From Octopus bimaculoides (taxonomy: Eukaryota): DNA of 63,740 nt. Below the pieces are notes generated by a model. The model had not been told where the DNA came from. It worked only from the letters and a program-made list of their open reading frames with translations, and did not search any database. The stretch covers positions 62,959,561 through 63,023,300 of the forward strand of contig NC_068992.1 of NCBI RefSeq assembly GCF_001194135.2, written 5' to 3'. The number at the start of each line of letters is the position of its first letter. The first letter of the stretch is position 1. Both the position numbers and the translations under genes were made by a program. Positions 1 through 11,482 of the stretch are shown here, piece by piece.

Positions 1-617
1 ATATATATATATATATATATATAACACGATGCATTCAGCCATCCATCCGTATTAAGAGCAACCAAGTAGGGGAACATGCATGTCGGTAAAATACACATCT
101 GAGCAATATTCAATGAGAGAAATGTGTGGATAATGCCTTTCTCGAAATTTCTATCATAGAATGTCTATTCAGCTAAAACTACAATAACCACCACCACTAC
201 CACAACAACAACAATGGTACAAAAGCAGACGTATCTACTCGAAAGAACAACAATCCCAACAAAAACATCATCAACAAGCGGTCGTATTCAGATATCAAAC
301 AATAGCTCAATGAGGTCGACGCAGGGATGAAACATAAGCTAGACGGGTTTATCAAAAGAACAGAACAAAGAAAAATATGTCTCCAATGAAAGTAACTTGT
401 ATACATTGCTGGGTGTCTATTGATGATAAATAAAGACGTATTAAACGAAATCGGTTGCGTATGGGGATAGACTTTGGTGGCCATCTTGTAATGTTTTATT
501 GCAACCGTGTTCGGTTTATGCATACTGCCGGGCTACAATTATGCTAATATACAATATACAACAAATGATTGTATTTCGAAGATTATAGTTGTATTTGTAT
601 TTCTGTATAAGCAAATA

Positions 618-1090
<473 letters not shown>

Positions 1091-1544
1091 ATACGTATAT
1101 ATGTATTTAATTTGGGTATGTTTTATATTACACGTATATGTAATACAGTTTCTATGTTTTCATATATACATATGCATAAAACATATAAGACTGTAACTAC
1201 ATATGCATAATATGTTTATTTACATATATACATCTGCACACTTTCATATATTTGTGTCTATATATTTATGCGATCACATACAGACACCCGTACATATACA
1301 AACATATGTACACACTATGAATAACGCCATTCAGTTACAATAATGCTTGCCTAAGTGTAGTTGCAGCATCGAATTTATTCTTCAATGCAATAAAGTGTTC
1401 GCTGATGATCTGTTGCGCTTCGGTATCCAATTGCGCTTCGAACGTGCACTGCAGACGGTCCAAAAGCCACCACGTTGAACTGTACGTAGGGAGCAAATAA
1501 TATAAACTTGTGTTTGTCATAATTTCACATAGTGTCGAAGGCAT

Positions 1545-2130
1545 GGTTGTGTAGTAAAAAGTTTGCTTCCTAACCATATAGTTCTGGATTCAGTGTTACT
1601 GCATAGCTCCTAGAACAATTGTCTTCTACTATAGCCCCAGGCTGACCACAGCCTAGTGACTGGATTTGGTACACGGAAACTGAAAGAAGCGACGAGCTGG
1701 CAGAAACGTTACCACGCCGAGGTAGACTTTGCCTTTCATCCTTTCGGGGTCGATAAATTAAGTACCAGTTACGCACTGGGGTCAATGTAATCGACTTAAT
1801 CCATTTGTCTGTCTTTGTTAATCCCCTCTATGTTTAGCCCCTTGTGGGCAATAAAAAAAAATAGGAAACTGAAAGAAGCGCATCATGTATGCGTGTGCGT
1901 TTAAGTGTGTATGTGTGTGTGCGTGTGTATGTATTTGTGTTTATCCACCACCACTATTGAAAACCGGTGTCGGTGTATTTACATCCAATAATCTAGCGGT
2001 TCGGCAAAAGAGAGCGGTAGAATAAGTACCACGTTTACAAAAAAGCAATTGGGGTCGATTCATTCAGTCTTCAAAGCGGTGCCCCAGCATGGCTGCAATC
2101 TAATGACTGTAACAAACAATCAATAGAAGA
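1545..2130 (+). mobile_element. SINE family B (tRNA-like head, CORE-like segment, internal TA/TG microsatellite, CCCCAGCATGG tail), interrupted by a nested family-A SINE
   Basis: Collinear similarity to copies at 4470-5050 and 50320-50790 (TCTTCTACTATAGCC, GGAAACTGAAAGAAG, GAATAAGTAC, GGGGTCGAT motifs). Confidence 0.85.
1692..1863 (+). mobile_element. Family-A SINE, internally deleted, nested in the family-B SINE
   Basis: GAGCTGGCAGAAACGTT head, CTTTGCCTTTCATCCTTTCGGGGTCGATAAATTAAGTACCAG body and A-rich tail. Flanked by identical 17-mers GGAAACTGAAAGAAGCG at 1675-1691 and 1864-1880. Confidence 0.9.
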
Positions 2131-2353
2131 TATACGAATGTTTTTGTTGGCGTGTGTGTATGCATTTACGTATGCAACGTATGTGTATGGATATCAGACG
2201 TATGGCAGCCGTTGCCACATGGTGAGCTACCCTTCTTAACCTAGAATTCTAACATAAATAATTCTTGTTTTGGATGAGTGAATCGCGAAGCAGATAAGAT
2301 TATAAAGAAAGACGTGTAAATATTGGGTCAAAAATCCCGTTTGGATAGAAATG

Positions 2354-2416
2354 TTGCATTTGGGACTCGACCCCACGTCTCCTGTTACTATGACAAGTGT
2401 TCTACCATTAATTAAC
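2354..2416 (-). pseudogene. Degenerate tRNA-like sequence (pseudo-tRNA or isolated SINE head)
   Basis: The reverse complement has an A-box-like TAATGGTAGAAC, a 5-bp stem with 7-nt loop (CTTGT-CATAGTA-ACAGG) and a T-arm-like GTGGG-GTCGAGT-CCCAA. The invariant U33 and TTC are lost. Confidence 0.45.
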
Positions 2417-4020
2417 ATTGAACGTACAAACTTAGATATATTTTTAAAGCTTATACGCTAACAAACTGCTTTGATGTTTGTTTCTCAGTGAGTTTTATAA
2501 AATTTTCAAAGAAATTACATTTTTTCATGATGTAAAATCACCATTCTTTGTAGTAGCACCCATTTACCATAACCGGAATATACACTTCGTACATATATGT
2601 AGACACACACATACACACACGTGTCTGTACATGCATACACACACGTGTGTGTGTATGTATGTACATAGTTACACACTTATCTAAATATATATAAGCATAC
2701 ATAAACAAACACATATATACATATACATATATACTCACACACGCTACCCTCACACACACACATATATATACATGTAATCAATCTTACGTGTGCATCTGTA
2801 GTTATGAGTATATAGACATATACCTTTATAAATATGGATATATATGTGTGTGTGTGTGTGTGTATACATACAGACACACGCATACATCATATATATAGTT
2901 ACACACATATATTTTTGTGTGTATGTGTGTCCCTGTGTATGTATGTGTGTTTGTTTGTGTGCATAAATATTCAAGTTAGCTTCCCTATGTCTCTTAATTT
3001 TTCCTTTCCTTATTTTTTTTCTCTTATTCTAATCGAAGACGAAGAATTGATATTTTACCACCGCTGTTTGATGCCGCCTCAAAGTATTTTTGTTTGCTTT
3101 TTTCTTACCAATTTTTAACACATTGTGACACAATATTTTTATATACATATCTATATATACATATATATATATATATATANNNNNNNNNNNNNNNNNNNNN
3201 NNNNNNNNNNNNNNNNNNNNNNNNNNNNNNNNNNNNNNNNNNNNNNNNNNNNNNNNNNNNNNNNNNNNNNNNNNNNNNNNNNNNNNNNNNNNNNNNNNNN
3301 NNNNNTATATATATATATATATATATATATGCATATTCTTGCCCTCTGTTATAAACATCATATCGGAATCCAATAGGCTGACATGAAGTGCAGATTTATC
3401 TATCTGAAGAGGTCTCCAAAAATAACACGGGTCTCTCACTTCTTTTTACATAGCATATTTCTCTGGAAATTCTTCGAGAGTGTTTTTTTGCTTAATTTTG
3501 TTTAACAATTTCTCAGTTTTATCTTTATTTTTAATTTTTCATTATAGAAGTTCATGTTTTAACATTCCCAATAAAAAAAAAATAGATGGTAGGTTAGGAG
3601 TATAACAGAATATTCTTTCTTGAAGTGACAGCCAAGTTATAAATTGATGAGAGAGCATAAGATGAAGATTCCTGACAGGACAATGAATGTTCCTGGAAGT
3701 AGGAAGAGCCAGCTAGCTCCTTCATGCTTTGGGACATTCAATACTATTTTCGCGCTGTCGGAACTTTCGATGTTGCAATCTGCGGGTTTGTTTGTTGATT
3801 TTCTGATTCTATTGAACTATCTCCGCTCCAACAATCTATCTATCATCTTTTTATCTTAGAAACATCTTTTGTGTCTACATATATATACACATACATACAT
3901 ATATACATACATACATACCTATTCATGTATGTGTGTGTGAGTGCCTGTATGTGTGTCTGTGTGTGTATATATATCTAGGTAAGCAAAGAAAGACAGTTAT
4001 ATTTTATATTTAAAGCATTA

Positions 4021-4067
<47 letters not shown>

Positions 4068-4077
4068 NNNNNNNNNN

Positions 4078-4114
<37 letters not shown>

Positions 4115-4469
4115 AGAGAGAGAAGTGTGAGATATAAGAAAAAGAAACAGCCAATGAGAGAAGGTAGAGAGAGAAGTATTCGGTAAGAGTGATTGTTCTC
4201 CTGTTTGTTAAACAGATATTTCTTTTACTTTAGAAAATGTAGTCATACGAAGATAAGTATACGTAAGTAATCAAGTGTTTCGAATGATAAATGAATGAAA
4301 TAATCCTACTCCAAAATGTGCGTATATGTCTGTGGTTGGTAAGCAAGCTACTTTATTTCATTAAATTTGCCACGAGGGCGGTACACAGAATAGCTATGGG
4401 CTGGACGAGGACATTAATGAGATGAATGATAACGAAAATGAGTAAAAATGAGAGGAGGATCAGCGCCCG

Positions 4470-4651
4470 CCGACCAATAACTCCTCGAGTAACTTGCTCC
4501 CAACCACATGGTCCTGGGGTCACTCCCACTGGGTGACACCTTGGGCAAGTGTCTTCTACTATAGCCTCGGGTTGACCAAAGCCTTGTGAGTGGATTTGGT
4601 AGACGAAAACTGAAAGAAGCCCGGCATATATAGATATATATATGTGTGTGT

Positions 4652-4692
<41 letters not shown>

Positions 4693-4778
4693 CTTGTGTG
4701 TCTGTGTTTGTCCCCCCACCATCGCTTGACAACCAATGCTGGTGTGAGTACCTCTCCGTCACTTAGCANNNNNNNNNN

Positions 4779-4864
<86 letters not shown>

Positions 4865-5050
4865 CTTGTGTGTCTGTGTTTGTCCCCCCACCATCGCTTG
4901 ACAACCAATGCTGGTGTGAGTACCTCTCCGTCACTTAGCAGTTCGTCGAAAAAGACCGATAGAATAAGTACTAGGCTTACAAAGAATAAGTCGTGGGGTC
5001 GATTTGTTCGACCGCAGTCAGATGACTGAAACAAATAAAACAACAAAAGA
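4470..5050 (+). mobile_element. SINE family B copy (central part duplicated across a 10-N gap)
   Basis: ACCACATGG head, CACCTTGGGCAAGTGTCTTCTACTATAGCC, internal (TA)n(TG)n, CATCGCTTGACAACC, AAAGAATAAGTCGTGGGGTCGATTTGTTCGAC tail. Confidence 0.9.
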
Positions 5051-5732
5051 ATATATATATGTGTGTAACTGCAAAAATTTGGAGTCAACACTACAATTGT
5101 TTCTGCGCAACGTAGTTCTCCAGGCGTTCAAGTACTTGATTGTGCAACTGTTACCCTGCATTAGGAGATCTAGTTGTGTTTCCTCGGGTGGTATATAAAT
5201 ATTGCCTCCGTAAGTTCAAAATCCTTGGCTTCAAGAACCTCTTCTGATTGTCGTGTCACCGAGCTTATCAGGGTTTGTCGTTGGCAAACTACTTTGAATG
5301 TGTAGATGAAGATTTGCTTATGGTGCTGCCTAATCGGACTGATTAGCACCCAGCCATGCACTCAGCCATGCCCGCACCAGCACAAAAGTTGCACCTAAAG
5401 AAACAAGGCATCATCCTCTGGCAAAAACCTCTTGCTAAGTGACGTAAGGTGTCATAAGAAAATTTCTTTGAAAGTTTTCGTTCCTGGTGAAATGGGAAAC
5501 TTAATTACTGTAAATTAGTCCGAATACCAGATCCATCACTACAGATTTGGTCCCCTTTTACGATGTACCGTGCAAGAGACTAAGGTACTTCTGCAGAGAT
5601 CTGCAGGCGGTCACACAAGTGTATTCCCTAACTACAACACCACCAACTACAATACGCCAAATTCTTTGAAAACAATTTTGCTAAAATCTTTAACGCTGCA
5701 ATCATAGCCGATAATACTACAAAATAATAATA

Positions 5733-5741
5733 TTAATAATA

Positions 5742-5809
<68 letters not shown>

Positions 5810-5950
5810 GATAAAAACAACAACAATAATAATGATGATGATGATGATTTCTTTTATTGGCCAAACAATACAAATGAAGAATAATAATGACAATAATAAT
5901 AATAATAATGATAATAATAATAGTAGTTGTAGTAGTATTAATAATAATAA
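5733..5950. repeat. (TAA)n and degenerate trinucleotide tract
   Basis: Direct reading. Confidence 0.95.
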
Positions 5951-6742
5951 TCGGGATGATAATGGAGCTCACAAGGAAGCAGAATTGATAACCAAAAAAG
6001 ACTTAATATAAAGCAATAAATCATCGCACCTAAAGATTATTTAACTTCAAACATCTTAATTTCTTTAGTCCTTTCATCANNNNNNNNNNNNNNNNNNNNN
6101 NNNNNNNNNNNNNNNNNNNNNNNNNNNNNNNNNNNNNNNNNNNNNNNNNNNNNNNNNNNNNNNNNNNNNNNNNNNNNNNNNNNNNNNNNNNNNNNNNNNN
6201 NNNNNNNNNNNNNNNNNNNNNNNNNNNNNNNNNNNNNNNNNNNNNNNNNNNNNNNNNNNNNNNNNNNNNNNNNNNNNNNNNNNNNNNNNNNNNNNNNNNN
6301 NNNNNNNNNNNNNNNNNNNNNNNNNNAGGAAGCAGAATTGATAACCAAAAAAGACTTAATATAAAGCAATAAATCATCATACCTAAAGATTATTTAACTT
6401 CAAACATCTTAATTTCTTTAGTCCTTTCATCACAATATAATTTAAGTGAGCATTCGTGACTACGCACTCGTTCACAGCCAAACACTGTCGCGCACGCACG
6501 CACACACACACACACACACAGTAACAGACACACTGACAGACACACACGCACTCACTTCCATAGTCCTGAGTGAATGTTTTTCTTAAATGCATACGTGTGT
6601 GCTTGTACGCATGTATGAAAGTGCGTGTGCGAGTGTAGATGAGTGTGTGTGAATATACGTGCATACATATGCATACATACATGCATATATATATACACAT
6701 ACACACACAAATATATACATATACACACACACACACATACAT

Positions 6743-6744
<2 letters not shown>

Positions 6745-6817
<73 letters not shown>

Positions 6818-6864
6818 CAGAGACAGACAGACAGACAGATAGACACAGAGACAGACAGACAGAC

Positions 6865-6921
<57 letters not shown>
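6745..6921. repeat. (GATA)n/(GACA)n tetranucleotide microsatellite
   Basis: Direct reading. Confidence 0.97.
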
Positions 6922-6923
<2 letters not shown>

Positions 6924-7663
6924 AAGAAAGGAAGAAAGGAAGAAAGAAAGAAATATATACATATACAGNNNNNNNNNNNNNNNNNNNNNNNNNNNNNNNN
7001 NNNNNNNNNNNNNNNNNNNNNNNNNNNNNNNNNNNNNNNNNNNNNNNNNNNNNNNNNNNNNNNNNNNNNNNNNNNNNNNNNNNNNNNNNNNNNNNNNNNN
7101 NNNNNNNNNNNNNNNNNNNNNNNNNNNNNNNNNNNNNNNNNNNNNNNNNNNNNNNNNNNNNNNNNNNNNNNNNNNNNNNNNNNNNNNNNNNNNNNNNNNN
7201 NNNNNNNNNNNNNNNNNNNNNNNNNNNNNNNNNNNNNNNNNNNNNNNNNNNNNNNNNNNNNNNNNNNNNNNNNNNNNNNNNNNNNNNNNNNNNNNNNNNN
7301 NNNNNNNTGTGTAGTTGTGGCTTTAATAGAGGGCTTTAATAGCAATAAAAATCAATCAAAATTACAAAATTAATAGTAGTGACCATTAAAGGTAGCCATA
7401 AAAATCAATTAGTTAGAATTACTGTAAAGAGGATAGGAAAAATGAGTGTATTTAATGCAGTACAATACCGTCAGCATCGTGAATCGCTATACGAGTTCTT
7501 ATAAGCGTTACTGATCGTTCTCGTGTCAGTGAGCTCTTAAGAGAAAAAGTTTTTGAATAGCCCCATGTGATCGATCGATCCCGCAAGGAATAACAACCCA
7601 AATCTCACTCAAATTTCAATTCATTGTCGTTTTAATTCTTTGTGTTTTTTTTAATTTTTTTTA

Positions 7664-7957
7664 CCAAAAGGGGGAATAATAAGCGAAGTGGTCACGGTTA
7701 GAGAGTCTTTGATGAAAGGCTTGCTCCATCAGACAGATATGATCCGGCTTTAATGAGTATCGGAAATAGTCTCAACTAATCAAAGGGGAAAAAAATAAAT
7801 GAGATTGTCACGGAGAGAGTGTCTTTAATGAAAGACCTGCTCCGACAGATAGATGTGACTGGGTGCTAAAGAGCCTCGGAAACATTAACAATTATAGAAA
7901 AGGAAAAAATATATGAGACTGTCACGGCTGGAGTGTCTTTAAACAAAGACCTGCAGG
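7664..7957. repeat. Diverged tandem repeat, about 115-bp unit, about 2.5-3 copies
   Basis: GTCACGG...GTCTTT...AAAG(G/A)C(T/C)TGC core at 7691, 7807 and 7921 (periods 116 and 114); the intervening segments are also mutually similar. Confidence 0.8.
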
Positions 7958-8149
7958 TAGCTAACTAGTATCGCAGAAACAATAATGTTCACTCTAGATG
8001 ACATAGTAACCACGACTAAATTCAATTTAGCACACGCCACTGACGAGACTTAATAAGGCCTAAATGCATTTTTTGACGTTTTCACAAGCAATTGCCGGAA
8101 TGAATTTCGTCTCCCTCCGAATGTATATTGTTATTAACACAGCACGTCC

Positions 8150-8440
8150 ATAAGGTGCATAGATAAGTGGTTAAGGTGTTACATTCACGACTGTGAGAAA
8201 TCGGTTTCGATTCCCAGACCGTGAGATGCGTTGTGTTCTTGAGCTAAACACATTATTTCACCTCGTTTTTCTTCATTCAGCTCTAAATGGTCTCTATGAA
8301 TATCTACAATGTTAAGCCTACGAAGGAAAAACATATTGAGAATAGGGAAGCATATTGAAATCTCAGTTACTTACACGCCACAGAAACAGGATTTACTCCC
8401 GGCCTTATGAGTCCTTAGATTCAAGACAGAGTTAACACAT
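8150..8440 (+). mobile_element. SINE family C (tRNA-derived head plus GTGTYCTTGAGC segment)
   Basis: A-box-like GATAAGTGGTTAAGG, B-box-like GGTTTCGATTCCC, then GCGTTGTGTTCTTGAGC as in copies at 29480, 34080, 36778 and 58300. Confidence 0.75.
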
Positions 8441-8689
8441 AAACGTCCATATTGTATCTCGGGGGAAAAACCGCAGTAACTTGCCTGTTAACAGTTTATT
8501 TATGTAGAAAAGTGAGAGGCCGATTAAAGCACAATTAGTTGCATCTTACTTCGTCGTATTGCAGTGGGCCTTCTTATGATCCGTAATCAAAAGATACTTG
8601 CACAAATAGCAAATTCCAGTAAATGGTTTCTGCCAAAAGACCCGATCTCAGAACAACAAACTCTCAAAGAATAAATCATCATTATTGGT

Positions 8690-8920
8690 TTTACTTTTAC
8701 TTGTTTCGGTAATGGGACAGCGGCCGTGAAGGAGCACCTCCATGTAAGTTTTTTTTGTGGTTAAAATCAGAACGAGTACATATTTATCTTTGTTCTCACT
8801 CTGGTACTTATTTTGTCGACTTTTCTACTGAATCGCTAAGTTACGGACATGTAAGTAAACTGACACGTGTGGTCAAGCCGTTGTGGGAGACAAAAGCAAA
8901 TTTAAAGACATATACACATA
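8690..8920 (-). mobile_element. SINE family B, 3' part (diverged)
   Basis: Reverse-complement match to the family-B tail (TTACTTGTTTC...GGAGCACC, GGTACTTATT, GCTAAGTTACGG). Confidence 0.65.
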
Positions 8921-8923
8921 GTT

Positions 8924-8955
<32 letters not shown>

Positions 8956-8964
8956 TATTATGAT

Positions 8965-9155
8965 TGACCGTTGACTGAACACTATTCAATTTTTTTTCTC
9001 CGTGTTTTTCTCCTTGTCTCCGTATTCTTTCTGTTGAAGAGCGTAGCTCGAAACGTCAAAGACTTTCCGTATTCCCGAGCGTCATACTAATATATACTTT
9101 TGTTATTTACACCACCTGTCCTCGTCTGTTGTTATTTTTTGTATATTCTCCCATA
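8965..9155 (+). mobile_element. Probable Penelope-like element terminal-repeat (pLTR) fragment containing a minimal hammerhead motif
   Basis: Contains TCTTT-CTGTTGA-A-GAGC-GTA-GCTC-GAAAC-GTC-AAAGA (9026-9062), the layout of Penelope-associated minimal type-I hammerheads. The element assignment is inferred from that motif; boundaries are approximate. Confidence 0.45.
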
Positions 9156-9376
9156 TATATATATATATATATATATTTGATTCTCTATATTTAATACTCA
9201 ATATTNNNNNNNNNNNNNNNNNNNNNNNNNNNNNNNNNNNNNNNNNNNNNNNNNNNNNNNNNNNNNNNNNNNNNNNNNNNNNNNNNNNNNNNNNNNNNNN
9301 NNNNNNNNNNNNNNNNNNNNNNNNNNNNNNNNNNNNNNNNNNNNNNNNNNNNNNNATATATATATATATATATATC

Positions 9377-9428
9377 CTATCAATGACTTATGAGTGGATT
9401 TAGTTGGCGGAAATTGAAAGAAGTCCGT

Positions 9429-9480
<52 letters not shown>

Positions 9481-9546
9481 TGTATGTATGTATGACGGGC
9501 TTCTTTCAATTTCCGCCAACTAAATCCACTCAGAGGTCATTGATAG
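9377..9546. repeat. 64-bp inverted repeat (foldback of a family-B SINE segment) around a (TA)n spacer
   Basis: 9377-9440 is the reverse complement of 9483-9546 with 3 mismatches. Confidence 0.92.
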
Positions 9547-9650
9547 TCACGGAAAAATCGTGAAAAGACACATGCACAAAATCCACACGTTGGAATTGAA
9601 CCCAGAACCAAGTAATCGGAAAAACAGATTTTTACAACAGTCACTATATA
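9485..9650 (-). mobile_element. SINE family B, 5' part
   Basis: GACGGGCTTCTTTCAATTTCC...AAATCCACTCA...GAAAAGACAC...TGAACCCAGAACCA matches the reverse complement of the family-B head. Confidence 0.75.
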
Positions 9651-9703
9651 AAGCTAATTAGCACTAATTATCATTTTCTCCCTTTTTTTTTTTATCTTTG
9701 CAG

Positions 9704-9880
9704 GAAGTAAGAGACTGGAAATTTGTTGCCATGGTGTTGGATCGTTTTTTCCTGTACATCTTCACCAGCACATGTCTCGCCGGAACTCTCTGCATCTTTC
9801 TCTACGCACCATCACTCTACGATCATCGCATACCCATGGAGGGAAGTAACGAAATTGGTAACACAACATGTATTTATTGA
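9704..9880 (+). CDS. Terminal coding exon of a nicotinic acetylcholine receptor (Cys-loop ligand-gated ion channel) subunit: end of the MA helix, M4 transmembrane helix and short extracellular C-tail
   Basis: Translation [58 protein letters not shown] carries the DWK(Y/F)VAMVxDR...F...GT...L.AP pattern of invertebrate nAChR subunits. It is preceded by a long polypyrimidine tract and acceptor (cctttttttttttatctttgcag, AG at 9702-9703), giving a phase-0 exon. Subtype cannot be assigned from this exon alone. Confidence 0.93.
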   Translation, partial: EVRDWKFVAMVLDRFFLYIFTSTCLAGTLCIFLYAPSLYDHRIPMEGSNEIGNTTCIY

Positions 9881-9929
9881 AGAGTAAAAATACCAATCAT
9901 ATACGTGTATATACACATATGTATGGGAA

Positions 9930-10220
<291 letters not shown>

Positions 10221-10747
10221 CTGTTTCGTGCGTTAGCACAAATTGCCCGTGTACGAAACTCTCTGCCCTTGAGTCAAATTGAAAAATTCTGTCGATTAAG
10301 TGACAAATGATATGTATGTGTATATAGCAACATACACATACACACACACACACACAAACATATATACACACATACATATTTATTTGTGTGTGTGTGTGCA
10401 TGTGTGTATGTAAGTATGTGTGTGTGAATTGAAGATTGGTCTTTATAATACTCATTTTATTTTATGAATGACAGTTGCTTCTACAAGACCATGACTGATA
10501 TAGATATATATAGAGACACATATTTGTGTATATCATATTTGTACGTGTATCCTGCAGTATACGGGCAATGCATCCGGCAAAGAGTTAATGTTGAAACAGT
10601 TGCTGCGTAAGATTCATATCAACATGACAATTTGTTGGAATTAAAGCGGATTAAAGGGATTAATGAAACACAGAATAATTAGTATATGCATGCATTGTAA
10701 ATATGCAATATTTGTGTTTACATGGCTATATGTGTCTATGTGTTTGT

Positions 10748-10791
<44 letters not shown>

Positions 10792-10849
10792 ATAAATACA
10801 TACATACATATGCACATACATTCATATATGTATGCATACGTATATATAG

Positions 10850-10898
<49 letters not shown>

Positions 10899-11024
10899 CA
10901 CACACACACAAGCATATACATATGTATGTATGTATATAAGACGATGTTAAAATAAGGATGGACTATTTTACATCCAGAAAACTTGTTTATTACAGTGTCA
11001 AAGTCTCGTTACTGTAATGCAGTG

Positions 11025-11180
11025 AATAAAGCTGTATGGATATGTTTACCTTGGATGTAATCATAACGCAATTGAAGCAACAGGATGCCACTGGACACCA
11101 CATCTTAGGATATCGATGCAGTAGAAACATGTGTCGGACGGCATTTTAAGAGAGCCTATTGTAAATAAGATTGCAATAAA
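11025..11180 (+). promoter_or_regulatory. Candidate polyadenylation signals for the nAChR transcript
   Basis: AATAAA at 11025-11030 and 11175-11180 in non-repetitive sequence 1.1-1.3 kb after the stop codon. The motif is common in AT-rich DNA, so usage is unproven. Confidence 0.3.
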
Positions 11181-11435
11181 CAAGTTTTAAAGATGTACAA
11201 TGTTGCATCGTCCTCTCAGCGTCACATGTGTATGCATTCGGTATACAGTATAAAAGGCAAAGAAGCAAAATCATTATTTTTCCATCGGGAGAAATACAGC
11301 GGGACTGTTTACCTTAAACAATTTCTCTTAGTTCCATATCGTTCGACGTTGTTAACGAGAACCTAAATTATACCAGAGTGTTTGAAAGGGACCTGCCCGG
11401 ATTTATACCCCTATCTAATTATATGTATGAAAAGT

Positions 11436-11482
11436 TTTGAGCCTTCAAGGCGTTTGAGCCTTCAAAGCGTTTGAGCCTTCGA
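11436..11482. repeat. 17-bp minisatellite, about 2.7 copies (TTTGAGCCTTCAARGCG)
   Basis: Units start at 11436, 11453 and 11470. Confidence 0.9.

Noticed and set aside
181-520. Asn/His-rich + strand frames as a possible nAChR cytoplasmic-loop exon
   Set aside because: Every frame following the nearest AG hits a stop, and there is no MA-helix or M3 similarity.
4623-4939. Apparent tandem duplication of about 145 bp across a 10-N gap
   Set aside because: The copies differ only in microsatellite length and flank a minimal gap; most likely two alleles or overlapping contig ends assembled in series.
5974-6432. 106-bp direct repeat (5974-6079 and 6327-6432) either side of a gap
   Set aside because: Near-identical (2 adjacent mismatches) and both copies abut the gap; typical scaffold overlap artefact.
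7664-7957. Repeat-spacer look of the 115-bp array (CRISPR-like)
   Set aside because: The 'spacers' are homologous to each other, the repeats are not identical, there are no cas genes and the context is eukaryotic.
8048-8075. CTGACGA-GACTT-AAT-AAGGCC-TAAA hammerhead-like string
   Set aside because: GAAA is replaced by TAAA and there is no cleavage triplet or stem I.
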